A stretch of 63,918 nucleotides of DNA, filler included, from Trichomonas gallinae (taxonomy: Eukaryota): NCBI GenBank assembly GCA_008369845.1. It is 6 parts of 6 records of this genome, joined end to end, with 100 filler letters (N's around TTAATTAATTAA, not from the genome) between each part and the next. Parts side by side here need not be neighbours in the genome. Positions count along the whole stretch, not along the records: positions 53,557 to 60,624 come from MRSU01001403.1; positions 60,725 to 62,400 come from MRSU01001422.1; positions 62,501 to 63,918 come from MRSU01001448.1; 3 more parts are not named here. One strand, given 5' to 3'. The position numbers were made by a program, and so were the translations under genes. Below the pieces are notes generated by a model. The model was not told where the DNA came from. It did no database searches and worked only from the letters and a program-made list of their open reading frames with translations. Numbering within the stretch: the first letter of the stretch is position 1; the number at the start of each line of letters is the position of its first letter. Positions 56,309 through 63,918 of this stretch are shown here, piece after piece.

Positions 56309-57649
56309 ATGATATGGAATTTTAATTGTTATTCGCGCTTCAAGCGCAAAACTTCGACCATACCATTAATAATATTAACTCAGCTCTCAATAACGGCAGC
56401 ATTCCTCGTATGTATATTATCAGTTATTCCCAAATCAAAATATTTGTCATTAAAATCAACAGTAAATTCCTTATTCACTGATAAATTCTTAAATCTTCAC
56501 TCATCAGGTAATCATACATTTTACAAAATCTTCACAAACTGCGAAAAATTTAATGATAAACAAATTATTCTCAAAAACTCCATATTTACTAAATGCTATT
56601 CAAATACAGGGCCATCTTGCATCGATGCCATTTCTCAAAGATTATCAGTTGATTCGTTATTAATTATCAATAATTGTAAATTCAACTTCTGCTTCTCAAT
56701 GAAGGAAGGAGGTATTGCTAAAGTAGCACCAAACAGTTGCATACTTGAAAATTTGTGCTGTGTTGGTTGCAAATCGATGACAAAAGGTCATACATTTTTT
56801 GCATGGATTGGTGAGAATATAACTTTTGCAAATTGTGGCATGGATAAATGTGGACCGAAGCAAGTTCCTGGTGAATCAGAATTAATGATGTTATATGGTG
56901 GTAATCAAACTTTTGAAAAAAATAACATAAGCCGTTGTTTCAGCAATGAGCTTAGAGCATTAGGCGTTTTTCGACCATCAGGATACATGTTCTATGCATT
57001 TAATGAAAATATTAACTCTTCAGGCAAATCATTATTAGCTTTTTATCTCAATTTGAATTTTCCTTCGAATATCAGCTTTTCTTTCATCATAAGATGCAAT
57101 GCTAACCAGAAATTCCAGCCTGCGGCCTTCGAATTCACCAATTATTTAGTTATTGCAAATTTCAGTTTAATTGGTACAAATGACATTTTCTCATCACATA
57201 CACTATTATCTATACCATATGATTCTTTCGCTACATTCATGGACTGTTATACTGATCTCAATGCATCAGATATTCCTGAAAATGAAGATCATTATTATTA
57301 TCGTGTTAATCACATAATATACAATTATTCTTTCTCAAGCAGACCAAGTATGTTCATATGCAAAGCTAATCCTCCAGAAGCAACAAAAATTAAAAATATC
57401 ACACGAACAAGACCAATTGTTGGAGCTGCAGACCATGGAAAATTTAGGTTTAATGACCCAGTGGATGAGAATATTGAGTTTGAAAGCTTAGATAACACTA
57501 AATTCCCTATCGTTTTGGAAATCATCTTGATTATTCTTGTTTTTGTGATGGTAATCGTTTTCATAGCCTCGACTTTCTTTAGATTTCGAGAGTTGACAAA
57601 CTCAAAACAAGATTTCAACAATATATTTTCTAACCTTCCAAAAGCATAA
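56309..57649 (+). CDS. Predicted membrane/surface protein with a Cys-rich beta-helix-like ectodomain (degenerate Pmp-like)
   Basis: N-terminal hydrophobic segment, FxxC/EGGIA repeats and a C-terminal TM helix (IVLEIILIILVFVMVIVFIA). The first ATG follows AAAGTGAC. Confidence 0.7.
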   Translation: MIWNFNCYSRFKRKTSTIPLIILTQLSITAAFLVCILSVIPKSKYLSLKSTVNSLFTDKFLNLHSSGNHTFYKIFTNCEKFNDKQIILKNSIFTKCYSNTGPSCIDAISQRLSVDSLLIINNCKFNFCFSMKEGGIAKVAPNSCILENLCCVGCKSMTKGHTFFAWIGENITFANCGMDKCGPKQVPGESELMMLYGGNQTFEKNNISRCFSNELRALGVFRPSGYMFYAFNENINSSGKSLLAFYLNLNFPSNISFSFIIRCNANQKFQPAAFEFTNYLVIANFSLIGTNDIFSSHTLLSIPYDSFATFMDCYTDLNASDIPENEDHYYYRVNHIIYNYSFSSRPSMFICKANPPEATKIKNITRTRPIVGAADHGKFRFNDPVDENIEFESLDNTKFPIVLEIILIILVFVMVIVFIASTFFRFRELTNSKQDFNNIFSNLPKA

Positions 57650-58629
57650 AAATATTAAATCATACTAAATAGCTATGATGTGGATTCGGTTTGTTCATCC
57701 AAAACAAAAAATTATATTCAAAATAATATTCTTGTTTAAAGATAAGAAGCATTCAGCCTTTAATTCATTAACATGATCCTTGCATTCCCATATATGTTTA
57801 TTTTTGTTTTTTATTTCGATTAAAATTAATATCAATTTTTTCGTGAGGAATATCGATCATATCATTCTGTACATGTTATCATTCAATTCTCTTTAGTTGT
57901 TTTGGAAGATATTTTTCGAAAAAATTATTGTATTTTGTTAAAGATAACGTAACATAATTTAATATAAACTATTCATGATAATGAATTCATGTTGCTTTTT
58001 ATGTTTAAGGATTTTTTTATTTTGAATGAATGAATTTTTCATTATAACCTCTTTTTGAGTTGTTGAATCATATGCAATATTAGTGAAGATCATCAAATTT
58101 GTCAGGCAGGTGACTGCCTTTGTGAGTGGTGTTCAATTTTTTGAAGAAAAGAAAAAAATATGTCATACGATTATTTTTAATTCAAACTATTATGAAATTC
58201 AAAATGAAAATGTTGAAAAACAAATATATGAAACATTTAATGAATTTTGAAATTACTGTTGCGCCAGTAAATTCATCTGAAATCCCTAAAATTGACAGTT
58301 ACAAAAACTGATAGAATACGTCGATCTTTTAATATGTTGATATATAAATGTATCTAATAATTGTTGTAATAGTTTTACGTATAAATAATTTTGAAATAAT
58401 ACGTTTTTTGCAATCAAAATATAACCTTATTAAAAGCAATGCTTTCATTTTCCTTTCAAAATGTGATATATTTCAATAGTCTAAAGAAAAACATTTCAAT
58501 GCTTTCTGATAAAAGTGACACTACATATAAATTTTGTAAAGTTGATACATCAAAACATGAAGTATAGACCGAAACAAGCAAGAATCAAAAGAAAAATTAA
58601 TCACCCACCATAATAATTTTTTTTTATTG

Positions 58630-60519
58630 ATGATTCTTTTTGTTTCTTTTTTGAAACTTTCTCTGTGTGAACAACCAGTAATAGAGGGACCTACTTTCCA
58701 GACAAATATTAACATAGAAGATCAAAATATTGAAGACATTCTCCAATATTTTCACAGATCAACAATTTTGAGCAGTCAGCCAGCGGAAAACCAACTAAGG
58801 AAAGCTGAGTACTTCCACTGCACTATTGCAATGCAGAACTGTGATTTCATTAAAAACTACGCTTTTGGATCAACTTTATCATCAGCTTCAGGTGGTGCTC
58901 TTTATGCATCAAATTCAGAAGTTTCAGCTGATGGAAAACAAAACACAACAACCCATAAGTTCGAATCTAACAGTGCTTCAGCTGGTGGCGCAATTGCAGG
59001 CGTTGCATCAAAAGTTCTCATACAAAACTTCGATTTCATCTCTAACTATGCTCAGAAGCTTGGTGGAGCCTTGTATTTCCAAGGAATCCTCGAAAGTGGC
59101 AAAACAAATCAAGATCATTTCTTATTAGTTAAAAAGTGCAAATTTGCTCAAAACGAAGCTCAGGATGTTGGTGGTGCCATCTATATTACCTCAAACTCTG
59201 AAAGCCAAATTTCAGACTCATATTTCCAAGAAAATAAAGCCACAATTAGTGGAGGTGCTTTATATTCATGTGATACTCAAGTTGTCGTCACAAGCTCAAC
59301 ATTCAAGTCGAACACAGTAGATGTTTTGTCCAGAAACAAAGAAATGCAAAATGAGAAATTAAAACGTGAAGTTGACTATTCGAGATTCACGTCTCGTGGC
59401 GGTGCAGCCATCTTTTTCTGCGGTGTTGAGCTGAAAGTCAACCTTGAAACTACTGGTTGCTGCTTCTTAAAGAATAAGGTTAAACACGGATACATCTTTG
59501 GCAGCGGAAACCCAGGTGATAACGTTCTTCTCGACAGCATCAATGATGATATGTTACAATATTACTCCAACGGCGATAGAATGAATATTCATATGATAGC
59601 AAGGAACAAAGAGCGCTCGATTTACTATCGCTACAAGAAGGCTGAAGGTGATGTCCTCGAATGCACAGAAGAACTTGTCAAAGGAGACACACAAACAGGA
59701 GATGTTAAATCTTACACGAAAGCTCCACGTACAGGTCCAGGAGCTCGTGAAGTTAAGGAAGGAGATGAACCAACTCGTATTCCAAGGCCAACAGCCTTCA
59801 CATATAAGGCAACAGCCATCACAAAGCTTAATTTGGAAATTTCCAGCAAAGTTTCATCATGGGTTGAAGAAAACTCACCAGGAACAATTATTGGACCAGA
59901 AGTAGAGCCAAATGAGCCAAAGCTTCCACCAACTCTCGTAAATCCGCCATCAGATAAACCAATTGCTGAAAAAGTCCCTCCACCAAGATACGACCCTAAG
60001 AAACCAACTACACTCACGTTCACACGCTGGAGGACAAACACAGATATCTATACTTGGATCACAACAAAGACTCATATCATGACATACAACGAAGAGAACG
60101 TTCCAACGTTTGTACATGTTAACACAGAAGGAAACTTCAAGGTTAACACAATTGTAACTGTCTCAGACGAAATTATCATTAATATAGACGAAGGAGATCC
60201 AAAACCAAAGAAGAACCTTGGTCTTATCCTTGGTCTCGTTTTCAGTTTCCTTGCCATCATAATCATCGCTCTTCTTATTGTCTATTTCGTTTACTTCAAA
60301 CGCGAAAAAGAAGAAACATCAAGTATGGTTGAGATGCCCGATGAGACAGCTAAGATTACAAACGATACAACAGTAACAGTCACAAATGACAACCCATTGT
60401 ACACAAAGACTGATGTTGGAGAAGATGATCCATTCAAGCAAGACTTTGAGGAAATCACAGAAATGGAACAAAATGAAGGCGAAAAGAGTGATGAAGAAAT
60501 TATTGACGATGAAGTTTAA
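58630..60519 (+). CDS. Polymorphic-membrane-protein (Pmp)-like type I surface protein with an NPxY/acidic cytoplasmic tail
   Basis: Signal peptide; repeated FxxN...GGA(I/L) motifs; Pro/Thr-rich stalk; TM helix (LGLILGLVFSFLAIIIIALLIVYFVYF); tail DNPLY...EDDPFKQDFEE. Confidence 0.88.
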   Translation: MILFVSFLKLSLCEQPVIEGPTFQTNINIEDQNIEDILQYFHRSTILSSQPAENQLRKAEYFHCTIAMQNCDFIKNYAFGSTLSSASGGALYASNSEVSADGKQNTTTHKFESNSASAGGAIAGVASKVLIQNFDFISNYAQKLGGALYFQGILESGKTNQDHFLLVKKCKFAQNEAQDVGGAIYITSNSESQISDSYFQENKATISGGALYSCDTQVVVTSSTFKSNTVDVLSRNKEMQNEKLKREVDYSRFTSRGGAAIFFCGVELKVNLETTGCCFLKNKVKHGYIFGSGNPGDNVLLDSINDDMLQYYSNGDRMNIHMIARNKERSIYYRYKKAEGDVLECTEELVKGDTQTGDVKSYTKAPRTGPGAREVKEGDEPTRIPRPTAFTYKATAITKLNLEISSKVSSWVEENSPGTIIGPEVEPNEPKLPPTLVNPPSDKPIAEKVPPPRYDPKKPTTLTFTRWRTNTDIYTWITTKTHIMTYNEENVPTFVHVNTEGNFKVNTIVTVSDEIIINIDEGDPKPKKNLGLILGLVFSFLAIIIIALLIVYFVYFKREKEETSSMVEMPDETAKITNDTTVTVTNDNPLYTKTDVGEDDPFKQDFEEITEMEQNEGEKSDEEIIDDEV

Positions 60520-60587
60520 TTTATTTTTTTTTATTTTATCAATTAGTAGTATATGAAGCGTGAATTCTAGGTTTACTTAAAATTCTT

Positions 60588-60624
60588 CAGTGTAGGGCTC
60601 GTTTCTCCGTTCCTCTCCCTCCAC
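60588..60624 (+). mobile_element. Possible repeat or transposon terminus (hAT-like CAGTG/TAGGG start), truncated by a gap
   Basis: An abrupt GC-rich CAGTGTAGGGCTCGTTTCTCCGTTCCTCTCCCTCCAC sits at the contig end within AT-rich DNA. Confidence 0.25.
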
Positions 60625-60724
60625 NNNNNNNNNNNNNNNNNNNNNNNNNNNNNNNNNNNNNNNNNNNNTTAATTAATTAANNNNNNNNNNNNNNNNNNNN
60701 NNNNNNNNNNNNNNNNNNNNNNNN
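60625..60724. other. Assembly spacer
   Basis: N run with TTAATTAATTAA linker. Confidence 0.99.
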
Positions 60725-60725
60725 A

Positions 60726-60902
60726 CAGCTAATGGCAGATCCAAATCCGACTGATCCATTAGATGGACAAATTGCATCAGAATTTCTCGAAAACAAACAA
60801 GTTTATCTCGAAAAGGCAAGAAATTGGACAAAATTACACGCAATTCCGAAATCTCTTTCAACTACTGATAAAGCACAGATTAACTGCGATGAATCGGATT
60901 AA
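60726..60902 (+). CDS. 3' fragment of a ubiquitin-conjugating enzyme (E2), truncated by a gap
   Basis: QLMADPNPTDPLDGQIASEFLENKQVYLEKARNWTKLHA... matches the UBC C-terminal PNPxDPL...A..WT..A motif. Not in the ORF track. Confidence 0.85.
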   Translation, partial: QLMADPNPTDPLDGQIASEFLENKQVYLEKARNWTKLHAIPKSLSTTDKAQINCDESD

Positions 60903-61030
60903 ATCCATTCAATATAGTTAAATTACATCAAATTCATGCAATTCTAATAGAAAATTCGTATTCCAAAGCTCTTATTATCTCTATTTTTACAGTAGAATCG
61001 TTTTGTTCGCTGTTTACGGTTTGAAAAACA

Positions 61031-61978
61031 TTAATAAAATTCAGAAATTAATTGATAAATATAAACATGCACATTGCTGAATCTAGGAGCATAAAACTTG
61101 GGACAAGAAATCATATTTGCAATTTCAGCAGATAAAAATGTAATTCGAGCATATCCATTATTTGGGTGAAATTTGTCTGAGTATTCATATGTTGTGTTAA
61201 AGTAACTAGGATGAGGACAGGGAGAATTACCATCGATCATAGTAGTATTTGTGAATCGATAGTTGGAAAAATGTATGGATCGATCTGAAGCAGTGGAAAA
61301 CAGCATATTTTCTTCGGTAAAATCTCTATCAATAGCTATGCATCCAGGATGGCCGCTGATAAATGAGCTGCCACCACCTCCTGCATAGTCATCATAAATC
61401 CGAGAGCTTCCACCTCCAAAATATCCAGATCCGCCTGCTCCGTTTCCGTCAGCCTCTGTTTTAGAAGGGTCGCCCCCTCCAAAACCAAATTTTCCGGGGC
61501 TGCCACTTTGGCCCCCTAATGTCTGATTTCCACCCCAACCATTATTCCTTGCTGAATTAAAGCCAACTAAGCCGCCTCCAGCTCCTGGTGTATCCCCGGT
61601 ATCTGGCGCGCCGCCACCAGAAGCGACTATTATTCTAGATTTTAATCCTTCAAAATTTTCGTAAGGGCCACTCACAAGTCTAATATCGGTGGCTCCTCCA
61701 CCTCCAAATTGTCCAGGTCCGCCGCCTCCATATGCACGTTTTGGAGACGTATATACACCAGCCGATCCAATATGGAGATATAAAGTTATTTTCTTTTTAA
61801 ACTCTATTATTCCACTCACATAGGCACCATATGCAACAAGATATGAACCAAACTTTGCACCTCGTGCTCCCCATAATTCAATCAAATATTTACCTTTATC
61901 CAATGTAATTTCATAGGGGTAAAATGTGTAGTAGTTTTCACCTTGATATGAGTATGTTTTACACAGTGAATTGTTCAA
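61031..61978 (-). pseudogene. Glycine-rich domain (GRD-like) protein lacking an in-frame ATG start
   Basis: GKYLIELWGARG, GGGGATDIRL, SRIIVASGGGA, GGGGSSFISG and NGYARIT. The ORF begins at a TTG after a stop, and the nearest upstream ATG reads ATG TTT TAG. Confidence 0.6.
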
Positions 61979-62218
61979 TTAAAACAATTTTTATCGCTAA
62001 AACATGAAAAATTGTTGAAGAGAAAAATGAGATTTTTACAAAATAATCGTTTTTTATTAAATAATGGAGTTAAAAATCTGAATTGATTATATTTATAATC
62101 TATATGTAGTGGTAGAAATATTTGTAAAGAGAAAAAAGAAAAAATCTTGATCCATTCAATTTTTCAAACTTGTTCATATGCAAGAACGCCGTTTTATAAA
62201 TTGAAGGGATCAAGATTG

Positions 62219-62287
62219 GCGATTTTCGGGAGACTTTTGAGAGAATTGAGCGAAGCTCAATTCTCTCAAAAGTCTCCCGAAAATCGC
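62219..62287. repeat. Perfect 33-bp inverted repeat with a GAA loop
   Basis: GCGATTTTCGGGAGACTTTTGAGAGAATTGAGC-GAA-GCTCAATTCTCTCAAAAGTCTCCCGAAAATCGC. Confidence 0.97.
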
Positions 62288-62344
62288 AAAATTTAGATTT
62301 TCAATTGAGAAGTTTACAACAAAATTGAGAGAAAATGAAAAAAT

Positions 62345-62400
62345 AGCCAGTGGCGGGACTCGAACCCGCAACCCCAAGATTAAGAGTCTTATGCTCTATC
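62345..62400 (-). tRNA. tRNA-Lys(CTT), 5' end lost in a gap
   Basis: ...GATAGAGCATAAGACTCTTAATCTTGGGGTTGCGGGTTCGAGTCCCGCCACTGGCT, with anticodon loop CT-CTT-AA and T-loop GTTCGA, followed by a T-run. Confidence 0.88.
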
Positions 62401-62500
62401 NNNNNNNNNNNNNNNNNNNNNNNNNNNNNNNNNNNNNNNNNNNNTTAATTAATTAANNNNNNNNNNNNNNNNNNNNNNNNNNNNNNNNNNNNNNNNNNNN
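62401..62500. other. Assembly spacer
   Basis: N run with TTAATTAATTAA linker. Confidence 0.99.
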
Positions 62501-62724
62501 ATTAAATGTTGCGACAGTCGCATTTGCAGTGAAATTGTTTGTTCCGATGTTTGTGTTAGCCCTCTTCCATTGGTCCATTCAAAGATCGTTGGTTTCTCCA
62601 TTCTCAAGAAAACGGGATATAAAATCCCCAGATTTATTCAAAGCAATCACAATTTTCAATCTTAAATTTTCATTGTATTTGGCTTGTCAAAATATTGTTG
62701 GCATATATTTTCAACAAAATATTT

Positions 62725-63561
62725 TTATTCATCATTGCTTCCAAGGATTTTGTGTAATTCTTTTGTCATTGATGACATTTTAATGACCAGTTTCATGTTG
62801 TAATTTTTCAATAGAAGATAATATTTATATTCAAAAGAATAAAGACTGAGAAGTATCTTGAATCTGTGTTTTTGTGGAAACATAATAGATTGTATTTCAT
62901 TTTCATTTCTTTTATATACCTTATGGATATCATTTATTTCTTTTTCTTTCTCGGAAATTAATGATTTCACACTCTTTATCTTCTTTAAAATTTCGATATT
63001 TTTGTTAAAAAGCTCATTTTCATCCAATTCAAGATTTTCTAACAAAATTTCGAGCTTAGTGTTTTCTGTTTCTTTTTCGGATCGCTGGACAAGAAGAGAT
63101 TGATATAAATATTTCTGTTTCTCTGCTTGATTTGCTTTAAGACTAGAATCTGCCATGTAATTCAATTTTTGACAAAAATTCGACAAATATTTCAGTTCCA
63201 GATTTGCCATTTTATTATTGCAATTTTCAAATTGACTGATAACGATCTCTTGTTGAAAAAGGAGTCTTTTCATATTAGTTTTAACGCTTGAAATTTTCGA
63301 TGACACAAATTTGCTGATATTTGGAATATCTCTGTTCCAATAAACAGTATTCAAGAAATTTAAGATGTTTTTGTCAATATTAGTTTGTTGATTATCCAAT
63401 TCAGGTGAGTTAATCTTATTATCACATGATTTTGGAGAAGATTCAATTTGTGGATTAATAGCAGTCGCACGAGATTTTGACTCTGTGATAGGAATTGTAC
63501 TCAGTTTTATAGTCGGAGTGATTTTCTTTTCTTGTTTATTCGTTAAAAATGAGAGTTTCAT
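62725..63561 (-). CDS. Hypothetical coiled-coil protein (278 aa)
   Basis: ATG-initiated ORF with K/E/N-rich heptads and no recognisable domain. Confidence 0.55.
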   Translation of the reverse strand: MKLSFLTNKQEKKITPTIKLSTIPITESKSRATAINPQIESSPKSCDNKINSPELDNQQTNIDKNILNFLNTVYWNRDIPNISKFVSSKISSVKTNMKRLLFQQEIVISQFENCNNKMANLELKYLSNFCQKLNYMADSSLKANQAEKQKYLYQSLLVQRSEKETENTKLEILLENLELDENELFNKNIEILKKIKSVKSLISEKEKEINDIHKVYKRNENEIQSIMFPQKHRFKILLSLYSFEYKYYLLLKNYNMKLVIKMSSMTKELHKILGSNDE

Positions 63562-63918
63562 TAAGATTTTTTAATCAACGCATCACAACGATAAAATAAT
63601 CGTCATGATGCGCTATAAGTCAATTATTTTCCTTGAAGTTTTTTTTAGAATCTAATGTGAGTTATATGATTGACACCGTATATATGGAGAGTTTAGCACA
63701 CATTATTACTTTTTAATATATAATATTGATATGATTTTTGTCATTTTTCAGGTGTCTTTCTTCAATTATAAACTGAATTTCAGATGTGAAGTTTTGAAAC
63801 AGATTCAGACTTGACATTTGGTAAAAAGGGGGGGGGGGACTCCCTCCGCCTTTTCAGATCGACTCGAAACCATGCCTGTTGGATACATATGGCATAGGGG
63901 AATATGATCTCTAACGGC

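Noticed and set aside
58104..58145. Hairpin AGGCAG-GTGA-CTGCCT with a downstream Sm-like AATTTTTTG; it shares the 11-mer GGCAGGTGACT with position ~13165
   Set aside because: No U1/U2/U4/U5 signature is present. A 6-bp stem and an 11-mer match are expected by chance in a window this size.
23769..62500. Five identical TTAATTAATTAA motifs inside N runs
   Set aside because: These are artificial six-frame-stop contig linkers, not biological repeats.
62501..62578. Possible minus-strand gene start MDQWKRANTNIGTNNFTANATVATFN running into the gap
   Set aside because: Too short, with no recognisable motif.

Overview
AT-rich eukaryotic DNA from a trichomonad (Parabasalia), most likely a Trichomonas species. 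The evidence is a TvCP4-like cathepsin L, TCA(C/T)T initiator elements, and expanded ankyrin, Myb, Pmp-like and Gly-rich families; no introns were recognised. The window is a scaffold of six contigs joined by five artificial 100-bp N/TTAATTAATTAA spacers, so gene order across gaps is not reliable. It holds about 24 intact single-exon genes, including Snu114, PACRG, Urm1, Sec6, a Vps8-like protein, OSBP, an HMG box, cathepsin L, a TAF4-like protein, an OYE flavin oxidoreductase and a 2712-aa talin-like protein. It also holds two 5'-damaged Gly-rich genes, two gap-truncated genes missed by the ORF track (an AEC-family transporter N-terminus and an E2 C-terminus), two tRNAs (Asp-GTC, Lys-CTT) and probable transposon termini at contig ends. 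The most interesting items: (1) a talin-type F0-F1-F2-F3 FERM giant protein and a Pmp-like surface protein with an NPxY tail, suggesting a hypothetical integrin-free adhesion linkage; (2) two adjacent Myb/ubiquitin-module fusion proteins; (3) a perfect 33-bp GCGAAGC-capped palindrome beside a tRNA; (4) a catalytically dead cathepsin B-like protein; (5) an OYE with a non-canonical active site. All family calls come from motif recognition by eye, with no database searches.
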